Shown piece after piece: positions 30,331-40,096 of a stretch of DNA of 64,000 bases (position 1 is its first letter; the number at the start of each line of letters is the position of its first letter). A program made the translations under genes and the position numbers. The notes beneath the pieces were generated by a model, which had not been told where the DNA came from, did no database searches, and saw only the letters and a list, made by a program, of their open reading frames with translations. The stretch comes from Candidatus Obscuribacterales bacterium (lineage in GTDB: Bacteria > Cyanobacteriota > Vampirovibrionia > Obscuribacterales > Obscuribacteraceae), in contig CBDDIJ010000002.1 of assembly GCA_965228855.1 (NCBI GenBank), forward strand, positions 960,001 through 1,024,000, given 5' to 3'.

Positions 30331-31155
30331 TCAGCTCGCACTGCGCCATTCCGCGTTCTGGTAGACGAACGTCTCGCCGTTGAAGACGAGTCGGAAGTCG
30401 TAGCCGAGGTAATCGGCAGCCTTCACGCAAGCCTGGAAACGGTCGCTGTAAAGACCCATGATGAGCGAGCCACCGCAGACGCGTGTGTCGATCGTCAGGT
30501 CGAGGCAGATGTCGCCGAGCTTGAGGTTGTTGGCCGGCGCCGGTTTGTCGCGGAAAACGACGTCCGCCTTCTTGATGGCGAAGTTGGCGCGGTCGTGCTC
30601 GCTGCCCTTGCGCAGCGGGATCCAGGTGGCGCGGAAGAGACGCAGCACCGAGAGCACAGCAGCGCGCACGGGGCGCACACGCTCTTCATCACCGACGCAC
30701 TTGTCCGCCAGCACGACGATCGCCCAAGCCGGGTCATCGAACGGCATTTTCAGCACGATCTGCGAGCGGTGGCAGGCGACGATGCGCGCGATCCGGTTGA
30801 TGACCGGGACGGGCAGCGTTTCGGTTTCGCCAGGCAGACGCAGCCGACCGAGGTAGCCCTTGGTCCACTTCGCGCCTGCTTTGGCGTGCTCGTCGACGTC
30901 GATCGCGCGACCGATGTCGTGAAGATATGCGGCGAGCGGCACGACAACGTCGGTCGTCCACTCGTCGAGAAAACCGGGCTTGCGCCCGTTCAGACCGGAC
31001 GAGATCTTCACGGCCAGGTCGCGGACCTGTTCGGCGTGATCGATGTCGTGCTTGGTCTGGTGTTGGCTGAGCTTGTCGCCGGCCGCATAGAGAGCGGAGA
31101 TTTCCGGATCCGAAAAGCACTGCGCAACAAGGAGTTTTGCTTTGATAAGCTCCAT
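30331..31155 (-). CDS. HD-domain phosphohydrolase
   Basis: HDIDH, YLHDIGR, HAKAG, CHRS, LADK motifs. Confidence 0.85.
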   Translation of the reverse strand: MELIKAKLLVAQCFSDPEISALYAAGDKLSQHQTKHDIDHAEQVRDLAVKISSGLNGRKPGFLDEWTTDVVVPLAAYLHDIGRAIDVDEHAKAGAKWTKGYLGRLRLPGETETLPVPVINRIARIVACHRSQIVLKMPFDDPAWAIVVLADKCVGDEERVRPVRAAVLSVLRLFRATWIPLRKGSEHDRANFAIKKADVVFRDKPAPANNLKLGDICLDLTIDTRVCGGSLIMGLYSDRFQACVKAADYLGYDFRLVFNGETFVYQNAEWRSAS

Positions 31156-31776
31156 AAGACACCTTCTGAGCCCTTTGGCTCACTGAATTGTTGTATAGGG
31201 AAGTTTCGTGTCCCAGAGACAACGCCGTTTAGGCACGTCATCCTGAACGCAACTCTCGGTAACCCGCTTGCTGTGACAGTCGCAACGAATTCGCAGAACA
31301 ACTACGCCGCCGAGACCAAGTGTGGTCAGAAATTCGGGGACGTCCAGAGTTCGGCGATACACACGGGAGCCCATTGTGCCTCGCGTATTACCACAGACCT
31401 TGGAAGGCTAGCTTCTCGATGGTGCTGTAGTGCGCGCGCTTTGGGTTTTCCGGGATTACCTTGTTTTTGATATGAGAGTCAGAAACACCTTCTGTGTACC
31501 AGTAATCGAAAAGTCATGACTAGTTACTTCTTGTAAATCTAAGCTCTTTACAGGAGGTAATTAGCGTTGTTTAATTCTTGGCGCCTCAATTAGCGCGGCT
31601 ATCGAGGGTCTTGCAGTATCAATTTCGCTCCCAATATTCGAGCTTGGCAAAGCGCTTGTCTGTTTAGTCTTCCGGGCAGAACATTGGTAGCAATAATCTC
31701 TGTCGAAGGACACTTCTTTCGATGAGTAGTTGGTAATATAGTTCTTCTCTCTCACCCAGGCTCTCTTTGCAATACC

Positions 31777-33003
31777 ATGACAAAAAGTTCTAAAGGTCCA
31801 AAACCAACTTCGACTGCCGGTCGACAACCCATTTCGCGCGCTGCTTCCAGCGCCAAGAGCAAAGGTGGGAAGGCTGCCACGAAGGCAAAACCGGCTGCGA
31901 AAACGAAGACAACCAGCAAGGTAACTGCTTCGAAAGCGAAAAAAGCGACGCCGACGAAGGTCAAGAAGGTTGTGAACCGGAGCACGAAAGTAGCTCCTAA
32001 AGCCGCTCCTAAGGCAGCGCCGAAAGTAGCTCCCGCCAAATCGGCTCCGGTGAAAGCTGCTACCAAAGCCCCGGTTGCTAAAGTTGCCGCCAAAACGGAT
32101 GAGAAATTGCCGGTATTTCTGGGATTGTCGCCGAAGTATTCATCGGCTGCCAGTGCTCGCGTTCATGTAATTCCGGTTCCCTATGAGCACACGACCAGTT
32201 ACAAACAGGGCACTGCTCTGGGACCGCGGGCGGTTCTCGAAGCCAGTCAGGAAGTCGAGCTTTTCGACGATGAACTCTGGATTGAACCGTTCAAGATTGG
32301 CGTTCACACAGCTGAGCCGGTTGATATGGCGAGAGTTCAAAGTGGCGAATCGAAACCGTTTCAGACCTTGTACGAAACAGTGAAGCCGCTCGTCGATAAC
32401 GATAAATTTCCGCTAGTGATTGGCGGCGAACATTCCTTGACGCTTGGCGCGGTTCGCGCATGTGCCGAACGCTACAAAGATTTGTCGATTCTTCAGGTCG
32501 ACGCCCATTGTGATTTGCGCCCGGCTTACGAAGGCGACCCGTATTCGCACGCTTCGATCAGTTACCGTCTCTACGAAAGTTTGCCGAATCCGCTCATCAC
32601 CCAAGTCGGCATCCGGAATGTCAGCTGGCAGGAAGCGCGCTGGATGGAGACCGAAACGCCGAAGGTCAATATCTTCTGGGCGCGCATGCAGGACAAATGG
32701 AATTTCAACGAAATCGTCAATACATTATCGGACAACGTCTATCTCACGATCGACGTGGACGGTTTAGATTCGAGCATAATGCCCTCGACCGGAACGCCGG
32801 AACCGGGTGGAATGAATTGGTATCAGCTCATGGAGCTCATCAAGCATGTTTGCGTTCGCAAAAATGTCGTGGGTGCCGACATTGTGGAACTGTCGCCAAT
32901 AGCCGGTCTTCATGCGCCGGACTTCCTGGTCGCGAAGTTGGCGTATAAGCTGATCGGCTATCGATTTGCGCTTGAGCTGGGCGTCACCAAGAAATATGTT
33001 TAG
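31777..33003 (+). CDS. speB: agmatinase with Lys/Ala-rich N-terminal extension
   Basis: GGEHS, DAHCD, DVDGLD, TGTPEPGG, DIVELSP ureohydrolase motifs. Confidence 0.9.
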   Translation: MTKSSKGPKPTSTAGRQPISRAASSAKSKGGKAATKAKPAAKTKTTSKVTASKAKKATPTKVKKVVNRSTKVAPKAAPKAAPKVAPAKSAPVKAATKAPVAKVAAKTDEKLPVFLGLSPKYSSAASARVHVIPVPYEHTTSYKQGTALGPRAVLEASQEVELFDDELWIEPFKIGVHTAEPVDMARVQSGESKPFQTLYETVKPLVDNDKFPLVIGGEHSLTLGAVRACAERYKDLSILQVDAHCDLRPAYEGDPYSHASISYRLYESLPNPLITQVGIRNVSWQEARWMETETPKVNIFWARMQDKWNFNEIVNTLSDNVYLTIDVDGLDSSIMPSTGTPEPGGMNWYQLMELIKHVCVRKNVVGADIVELSPIAGLHAPDFLVAKLAYKLIGYRFALELGVTKKYV

Positions 33004-33355
33004 TTGAAACGACTGCAAAAAAATGGAGAGACCTTTCGATCTCTCCTGTTAATGATTGCTAGCCGCTTTCTGTATGCTGACAGTTTTTTTGATTGCCCCG
33101 CCTGGGGATTACCTCGTTCTTGCCGTCGCCTTTTTTTAGAGAAACAACTCGACCACCCCTGACCGAGTTAGATAGCAACTTGAGCGACTTAGTAAACTCT
33201 CTTCGGAATCACCCTCATAATTCCTCAGGGTCCCTAGAACAATTCCTCAACAACACCCCTGCGTCTTGGAACTTCGCTCGTTCGTTGGTAAGTGAATCTA
33301 TGCGAGAACAAAAATTTCTGGACACGATTTTGGAAATTAATTGGATTTAATAATC

Positions 33356-33835
33356 GTGAGTGGCAAAACCTTCGATTTCCAATACTGGATGAAGCAGGCG
33401 CTGGCTGAAGCGGCGAGAGTGGCTAGCGGCTCAGTGCGAGACGTTCCAGTCGGCTGCTTGATTCTCAAAGACGATGAGATTCTCGCCAGCGGTCACAATG
33501 AGCGCGAAGAAAAACAGGACCCGACCGCTCATGCTGAATTGATTGCCATACGGTCTGCGGCTAAACAGCTTCAATCCTGGCGACTGACTGATTGCACGCT
33601 TATCGTCACGCTCGAACCCTGTGCGATGTGCGCCGAAGCGATTATTCAGTCCAGAATTTCCACGCTCGTCTTCGGTGCCTACGATCCTCGCTCTGGCGCC
33701 TGCGGATCGGCGTTCAATCTTTTTGTTTCCGGTCGCAGCTACCCCTTGCCTGAAATAATCGGGGGTATAAACGAAGATGAGTGCCAACGCATGCTAGCCG
33801 AATTCTTTAAGTCTGTGAGAAACAGCCGCGAGTGA
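33356..33835 (+). CDS. tadA: tRNA-specific adenosine deaminase
   Basis: VPVG, DPTAHAE, TLEPCAMC, FGAYDP..GACGS. Confidence 0.9.
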   Translation: MSGKTFDFQYWMKQALAEAARVASGSVRDVPVGCLILKDDEILASGHNEREEKQDPTAHAELIAIRSAAKQLQSWRLTDCTLIVTLEPCAMCAEAIIQSRISTLVFGAYDPRSGACGSAFNLFVSGRSYPLPEIIGGINEDECQRMLAEFFKSVRNSRE

Positions 33836-35772
33836 TAGTAATGAAACGATTGAATGGTGCGATCATCGCCGTGTTGCTATCCAGTGTGGTGGCATCGAAC
33901 CTCCTTCCGCTCGCGCGTGCTTCGACGCCTTTGAAACCGACAGCTGGTTCGAGCACCGCCGGTGATGGCGATGGTTCTGAACGGTCTGGCGAGAAGAACA
34001 GCGATGCACCTCAAAATCCTCGTCTGCGCAAAATCTACGATGCTCTGGTCGAGTTTCGCTCCGATGATGCTTTGACAAATCTTGTGCCCATCATCAATCA
34101 ACAAGGCAAAAGAGGTTTTAAAACAGAAGCGAGTCGGTTGGCAATGGCTCGGCTTCTGGTTCTGGCTGGATATGCTTACTACATAGACGAAAATCTGGAT
34201 GCCGGCATTCAGATGTTTTCGCTCGCGAATAAGCTCTGTCCGGATGACTATGTCGCCAAATGTGGCTTGGCAAACGGATTGCGAGATGTGCCTGACTTCG
34301 AGGCGGAAAAGAAGTTGATAGCTGAGCTCGAAGAACTTCCGGACTCAGAGAAAAACGTAATTGTCCATATTACGCTGGCGCGGCATTATAAGCGGATTGG
34401 CGAGTACGATAAAGCTCTCGCGCATGTGAAAGAAGTAGAAAAACTTGATGTTGAAAAACGAGATGTTAATTCGCAGTCCCTGTATGCGCGTACGCTCGTC
34501 GTTGATGGATACGGTAAACCGGCGGCGCTGAAGTTCAAAGAGGCTGCTGCAAGAACCAGCAATTTATACATGCGCGAAATTTTTCTAGCGAACGCGGCGC
34601 TGATTGAACAGAACGAATCGGCTCAGGAAGAACACCTTCGTAAGGCTGGGAAGCTCTACCCGGGTGACCCGATTTGGCGAACGAAACTGGCTGAGTTTGA
34701 TTTCGGTCACGATCGAGAGGCGGAAGGTTTCGACCTGCTGCAGCAAGCTCTGCTGGGCAAGCGCGTTTCAGCGACCGCGTACATGAAGATGGCGAGACAT
34801 CTCTGGGTGAATAAGCGCTATGACGAAGCGGAAGAGTGCATGCGGCATTATCAAAAACGCGTTCGTGCATCGGTAGAGTCGCAGGCGTTAATAGCCGAGA
34901 TTTACGATGCGAGGGGAGCCGCAGAGAAATGCGAGAAGACGTTCGATAATGTGATTGCGCGCGATCGGTTTCAACCAGGCGCTTATGAAAACCTGGCCAA
35001 GCACTTTATGTTTAAAACGAAAACACCCGAGCGAGCACTGCCTGTGGCGGCTGAGTTCGTTAAGGCTATGCCGAATTGCTGGGCGTCGCACTTTCTGCAG
35101 GCAAAGGCTCTGAACGTGAATGATCAGTTGACGCGTGCCGCTGTTGCGGCGCAAGCGGGATTGAAACTGTTGTCTCAGCCCGCTTCGGAGTTGAATCTTT
35201 ATGCCTCTCACGAGGCGGCGCATGCGCATGCCATTATCGGAGCGAAGCTGTACGTTGATGGAAAACGTGATGAGGCGCTTGCCGAGGCGAAACTGTTTAA
35301 CAGCATGAAATTCAATCCGCAGCTGCCCGCCTACCTGCGAGTGATCGTAATGCGTCCAGGCAAGCTGGTTTTCGGAGATAAACCGGAGCAGGAAAATGTC
35401 GCACTCGCTGATATGTTGCTTGAGACCGGGCGAGTCGACGAGTGTGAAAAGGAGTATCGTGAGGCGTTAAAACTGAGCGCAGACGACCAGGACATTCGTG
35501 GATATCTGCTGCATGCTCTATCGAAGAAGGGCGACTGGGGCGCGGCGGCGAAGGAAAATTTTGTGTATTCGCAACAAGTGGTGAATAAAATTCCAGCGAC
35601 CGTGGACGAGTGGACCAAGGGGAAGAAGCCGGACGCGAAGCCTGTTTCCAAGGATCAGGATGTGGAACGCGATGCGAAGCCGGTTTCCACTGGGCTTGAT
35701 GTGAAACACGATGCGAAGCCTGTTTCCACTGAGCTTGATGTGAAACGAGAGGCGAAAGCGGTTTCCAAATAA
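33832..35772 (+). CDS. secreted TPR protein
   Basis: signal peptide, TPR-like helices, C-terminal 13-aa repeats. Confidence 0.8.
   Translation: MIVMKRLNGAIIAVLLSSVVASNLLPLARASTPLKPTAGSSTAGDGDGSERSGEKNSDAPQNPRLRKIYDALVEFRSDDALTNLVPIINQQGKRGFKTEASRLAMARLLVLAGYAYYIDENLDAGIQMFSLANKLCPDDYVAKCGLANGLRDVPDFEAEKKLIAELEELPDSEKNVIVHITLARHYKRIGEYDKALAHVKEVEKLDVEKRDVNSQSLYARTLVVDGYGKPAALKFKEAAARTSNLYMREIFLANAALIEQNESAQEEHLRKAGKLYPGDPIWRTKLAEFDFGHDREAEGFDLLQQALLGKRVSATAYMKMARHLWVNKRYDEAEECMRHYQKRVRASVESQALIAEIYDARGAAEKCEKTFDNVIARDRFQPGAYENLAKHFMFKTKTPERALPVAAEFVKAMPNCWASHFLQAKALNVNDQLTRAAVAAQAGLKLLSQPASELNLYASHEAAHAHAIIGAKLYVDGKRDEALAEAKLFNSMKFNPQLPAYLRVIVMRPGKLVFGDKPEQENVALADMLLETGRVDECEKEYREALKLSADDQDIRGYLLHALSKKGDWGAAAKENFVYSQQVVNKIPATVDEWTKGKKPDAKPVSKDQDVERDAKPVSTGLDVKHDAKPVSTELDVKREAKAVSK
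35632..35769 (+). repeat. 39-bp in-frame tandem repeat (DAKPVS..DV.., about 3.5 copies)
   Basis: GA(C/T/G)GCGAA starts at 35632, 35671, 35710 and 35749. Confidence 0.85.
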
Positions 35773-35775
35773 AAG

Positions 35776-37092
35776 CTAATCGTCCAGGGAGACCTGACCC
35801 CAGCCGCTGGTCAGGCTTTCGCTTTGATTGATTTCGATAACCTTCCAGGTTCCCGTAATCAAACCGTCAGCGCACTCGTCAAGGTGACGTGCTTGTTCCT
35901 CTCTGTGAGTGCTTTTCAGCAGGTTGGCGTAACTCTTCAGAATCGATAGTGTCTCCGGATGATTCGGACCGAACAGGCGCTGCTTCATTGTCATGCCGCG
36001 CTGATAGTAAGTTTCGGCGTGGTCGTATTTTCGTTGAACGTGAAAAAGCGTCGCCAGATTGTGAAGTGCGCACGACAGATCCTTGCCTTCTTTCCCCTCG
36101 ACGCTCTCGAAGGTTTCTACCGCAGTGCGAGCCAGTTTCTCAGCTTTCGGATAGTCGCACATTGCGTAATAAAGCTTGGCTAGATTGCTTGCGGCGTGCC
36201 CGACGGCTGAGTGATTCTTGCCGAGCACACGCTGTTTGATGTCGAAAGATTTTTGGAAACAACGCTCGGCGTCTTTGTACTTCTCTGCGCGCAGTGACAT
36301 CTCGGCGATTGATTCGAGAGCGTAGCAATGGTCGGGGTTGTTTTCGTCAGTGCCTCGCGCCACTGGAAGTGCCATAATCCAAATTCGGAGCGCCTCCATC
36401 GTATCGCCTTTTTGCAACGCTCTTTCGGCTTCGGCTCTGTACTGAGCGAACGTTGCGTTTGCGCCAAGTGAGAATTCGTCTGTCGACTGGGGTGGTCGAG
36501 GCGTTGATGGACTGTCGAGCTTGCTCTCTGCTACGGATTTCTCAGGCTTTTGATACGCGGCGAATGTTCCGGTTTTTTTCCATTGCTTCTTAGTCGGCAT
36601 CGACGCGCTGGTGCGAAGTTGCACAGCTTCCTGCGGTCTGTCCATGGTTTGAAGAAGGTCTGCGAAGCTGCTCAAGAGCTGCTGTACGTCAGGGTTTTGC
36701 TGTCCCAGTGTGCTGGTTTTTATGCTAAGTGCGCGGCGATAGAGCTGTTCGGCATCCGGATAATTGCCCTGAAGATGGTAGATGCGGGCGACGTTTCCCG
36801 CTATGGCGCCGACGTCGTGATGGTCGGGACCGAGCACGCTCTCGTATATGCGCAGCGACCGCGCTCCATAGAACAAAGCCTCATCGAGTCTGTTGAGGAA
36901 CCACAGGCACTCGGACAGTTTTTCCAAAGTAAAAGCTAAACGTCTGTCGTTCTCGCCGAAGTCTTCAGCCTCTTCGAGCGCCAGCATCCAGGTGGCTTCA
37001 GCGAATTCGTACTTGCCTTCCAGGGTCGCCTTGTCGGCGCTGGCTACGTGCTTAGACCATTCCGCAGATTTTTTGTTTGACGCAATTGACAT
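35776..37092 (-). CDS. tetratricopeptide repeat protein (kinesin-light-chain-like TPRs)
   Basis: LGPDHHDV..GNVARIY, LGKNH..NLAKLY, FGPNHP repeats. Confidence 0.88.
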   Translation of the reverse strand: MSIASNKKSAEWSKHVASADKATLEGKYEFAEATWMLALEEAEDFGENDRRLAFTLEKLSECLWFLNRLDEALFYGARSLRIYESVLGPDHHDVGAIAGNVARIYHLQGNYPDAEQLYRRALSIKTSTLGQQNPDVQQLLSSFADLLQTMDRPQEAVQLRTSASMPTKKQWKKTGTFAAYQKPEKSVAESKLDSPSTPRPPQSTDEFSLGANATFAQYRAEAERALQKGDTMEALRIWIMALPVARGTDENNPDHCYALESIAEMSLRAEKYKDAERCFQKSFDIKQRVLGKNHSAVGHAASNLAKLYYAMCDYPKAEKLARTAVETFESVEGKEGKDLSCALHNLATLFHVQRKYDHAETYYQRGMTMKQRLFGPNHPETLSILKSYANLLKSTHREEQARHLDECADGLITGTWKVIEINQSESLTSGWGQVSLDD

Positions 37093-37420
37093 GAGGAGCC
37101 TGTCCTCGGGTGCGAGGCGATGAAGTCGAGACGGCGGAATCCAGGTAAGGTGGTCGGGAGGCGACCGGAAGCGAGTCCGCTGCCGGACTCGGGTTCGAGC
37201 AGGTCAGGGTTCGGATGGTAATAGGTTATTACCCTGATTCCCGCTCTTAATATCAGATCGTATCAACGTCGCCGCGAGCCGTCAAAGCAGCATTGAAACT
37301 ATTTGACCCTTGACTATGAGAGCATCTCTACTATATGGATTACTAGCTTTCCCGTGCTCGGAAAGTCACACAGCTTGGGCGATTAGCTAAACGGACCTGC
37401 TCGGGATAGGCGTCAAAAAC

Positions 37421-37486
37421 GGCTCGTTGTCTACGGTACGTAGACGATTTTCGCTAATTCCGTCATCGGGTCATAGACAACGAGCC
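37421..37486. repeat. REP-like palindrome, family A
   Basis: GGCTCGTTGTCTA / TAGACAACGAGCC 13-bp perfect arms; internal CGTAGACG.TTTTC...TCCGTC shared with the 18241 copy. Confidence 0.75.
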
Positions 37487-37559
37487 TCTGCTTCCGAAAC
37501 CACAATCGTATAAATCCAGACTATTGGGACGTCTCGGCTGTTTAGCGTATACGAAAAAA

Positions 37560-37627
37560 TATAGTAGGCGGGTTTGGAGGAAGCGGACCCGAAGCCCTCG
37601 GTTCTGAGAGGTCTTTCGGGTCCGCTT
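37560..37627 (-). terminator. hairpin followed by CTACTATA motif
   Basis: AAGCGGACCCGAA / TTCGGGTCCGCTT arms; TATAGTAG at 37560-37567. Confidence 0.8.
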
Positions 37628-37706
37628 TGCTGGTCTACGAAGTCACTCTTCGTAATTCAGGCTCGTGTCTCGCTATCCGCAGACGCGACCGGTTCCACGT
37701 CTTAAC

Positions 37707-38108
37707 TCAATGCACGAGAACGTTTAGCGTGTAAAAACTGCGACCGTTTTTGTTTGCGGGCAAGCGCACTTGAATGACTCCCTGACCGGCGCGGCGAGCG
37801 CGGAAAGTGGCAACGGTTCCGATGGGACCGCCGGGCATTTTTATAAACAGCTCGCCGCGGCCGTCAGTCGCGAAGTGAGTAATTTGAATTCCCTGAGTGC
37901 TGCCCCCGCCTTGTTTCACAAAGGTGAGGGTGCCGCCGGTTGCCAGATTCACTGTCACCGGTGGGTGGTCGACGTCGACTGTGACGTTAAACATTCCGGA
38001 CTGTGGCGGTACTGCGACGGCGACAGAGTTGGGATTGTTGACGATCGCGTAGGACAGGCAGGAAACGGTCATGGCGATGAGGAAGCCGGTGATGATGTTG
38101 CGCTTCAT
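37707..38108 (-). CDS. secreted small beta-rich hypothetical protein
   Basis: signal peptide MKRNIITGFLIAM; GGAG RBS. Confidence 0.7.
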   Translation of the reverse strand: MKRNIITGFLIAMTVSCLSYAIVNNPNSVAVAVPPQSGMFNVTVDVDHPPVTVNLATGGTLTFVKQGGGSTQGIQITHFATDGRGELFIKMPGGPIGTVATFRARRAGQGVIQVRLPANKNGRSFYTLNVLVH

Positions 38109-38327
38109 GAGAAGCTCCAAAAGCTGCGCCCGTGATTACGAGCGCAAGAACTGAGCAATCGCGTCTATGCGATTCGCTAAGCGACGGACGCAACGAGCGT
38201 CCGCCGCGAGATCTGGTGGCACAACACGACAGCCGCGTGTCGTGATGTTTATGCATATCCGAACGCTGTGCGCGTTCTGATGTTTGTTTGAATCAGGCAG
38301 TTCTGGAACGTAATGCTTATGCCTGAA

Positions 38328-39332
38328 TCATGCCGGCGACTGTGTCGCTTCGGTTTCGCAGATGGTATCGCTGGTGGTGTTGGTGCTGGGGGCTTCTTGT
38401 TGCAAGTCGTCCAGGAACCATTGCGCGTTCAACGCCGCCATGCATCCAGCGCCGGCTGCGGTAATCGCTTGCCGGTAGCGATCGTCTTGAACATCGCCAG
38501 CCGCGAAAACGCCCGGGATGTTCGTTTTGGTTTCGAGGGTCTTGATATAACCTCGTGAGGTCAGTTCAAGTTGCCCCTGGAACAGCGACGTGTTCGGTTC
38601 GTGGCCGATGGCTACGAACAGTCCGGCAATCTCCAAATCAGTGGTTGTCAGCGTCTTCAGGTTTTTGACGCGGACCGCAGTGACACTGCCGGTGCCACCA
38701 TCAAGGATGTCTTCGACGACCGAGTCGAGGACGAACTTGATTTTGGGATTCTCCTGAGCCCGGCTAACCATGATGGACGACGCGCGAAAACTGTCGCGAC
38801 GATGAATGAGAGTCACTGAGTTGGCGAAGCGGGTCAGAAAGATAGCCTCTTCGAAAGCCGCATCGCCACCGCCGACGACTGCAACGTCCTTTCCTCGAAA
38901 GAAGAACCCGTCACAGGTCGCGCAGACGGATACGCCCCGGCCCATCAATGTGCGCTCGGCTGGGATTCCGATCTTGCGGGCGGCGGCGCCGGTTGTGATG
39001 ATTAGTGCATCGCAGAGGATTTCCTGTTCCTCTGTGACGATAGCGATCGGACGCTGATTGAGACGGACGGAAACGGCATTCTCCGAGACAAACGTGGTGC
39101 CGAAGCGAAGCGCTTGCTTGCGCATTTCGTCCATCAGCACTGGTCCTTGAACGCCCTCAGAGAAACCGGGAAAGTTCTCGACTTCCGAAGTCGACATAAG
39201 TTGGCCGCCGGAAGGAATTCCTTCGATGACCACTGGATTGAGCTGACCGCGAGCCGCATAAATAGCTGCGGTTAAGCCGGCAGGTCCACCGCCGAGAATT
39301 GCGAGTTTAGTTTTCATGGACATAGGCTTCAT
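38328..39332 (-). CDS. trxB: thioredoxin-disulfide reductase
   Basis: GGGPAG, VENFPGF, CATCDG, GGGDAA, HRRD, FAAGDV. Confidence 0.96.
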   Translation of the reverse strand: MKPMSMKTKLAILGGGPAGLTAAIYAARGQLNPVVIEGIPSGGQLMSTSEVENFPGFSEGVQGPVLMDEMRKQALRFGTTFVSENAVSVRLNQRPIAIVTEEQEILCDALIITTGAAARKIGIPAERTLMGRGVSVCATCDGFFFRGKDVAVVGGGDAAFEEAIFLTRFANSVTLIHRRDSFRASSIMVSRAQENPKIKFVLDSVVEDILDGGTGSVTAVRVKNLKTLTTTDLEIAGLFVAIGHEPNTSLFQGQLELTSRGYIKTLETKTNIPGVFAAGDVQDDRYRQAITAAGAGCMAALNAQWFLDDLQQEAPSTNTTSDTICETEATQSPA

Positions 39333-40096
39333 CCTGTAGAATCAGGTTTGGTTTGGCCATTCGTGCAATCGTGCGCGCAGATCCGAGAACGAGGTTTGTC
39401 GTTCGTTTCGGCTTCGTTGCTTCGCAAGGCAGATGCAGCGTGGTTTTTGGTGTTGGCCTTGAGTTTGGAGTGAAAGAGGTGTAGTCAGACCAAGCTACCG
39501 CTGTCAGCCGGGTGAAACCTAGAGGCGTGACAACTGCTCCGGGTTTGTTTTTAGTTCATCTCGTTGCATGCATGCTCTTGTGAAATCGGTGGTGCGTTAG
39601 CTTGTTACTGGAGAGCCAGGCCTAGAGTGTGTTTAGCGGCGTGGAAAAAGCTAAAGGGAGAATAAATTGTTGTGCGAGCTGAGCAAGTTCGCTTGCCGGT
39701 TGAGGTCCGCTATCGGAACTTCGCTAGCGCGATGACGAATAAACTCCTGTTTAAGAACTAAGGCTTATTTGATTGGTAGAGCCATGCGAGATTTAGGTTT
39801 AGAAGTTTATACCTCCAGCCAATAGGTCATGTTGCGCGTTCTTATTGCTGTTTCGTGCACATGAGGCGCGGATAAGGTTTTGATCTCAAACTGCACACAA
39901 GCTATTTGAGTTTCGCTTCAGAAGGCTTAGGGTCGAGTAGTCATCCCCTGTCCCCAGCTTTGCCTGACTCGCTCGCCGCAACTTTAGTCTAGTCATCGCA
40001 AATAGTCGCTAAGCTGGTAGCAATGCCGGATGAAGAAGTTCGTTCACACGCAGCATTAGCTGCGGCTCTCACCAATGTTTGAGCAAAGGAGATAAC

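Noticed and set aside
37100..37215. GC-rich stretch superficially resembling SRP RNA or a riboswitch
   Set aside because: Lacks the SRP CAGG-GGAA-AGCA domain IV arrangement; only small local hairpins
39340..40070. ~730-bp gap between trxB and the M49 gene
   Set aside because: No convincing ORF, repeat or RNA structure; consistent with divergent promoters and leaders
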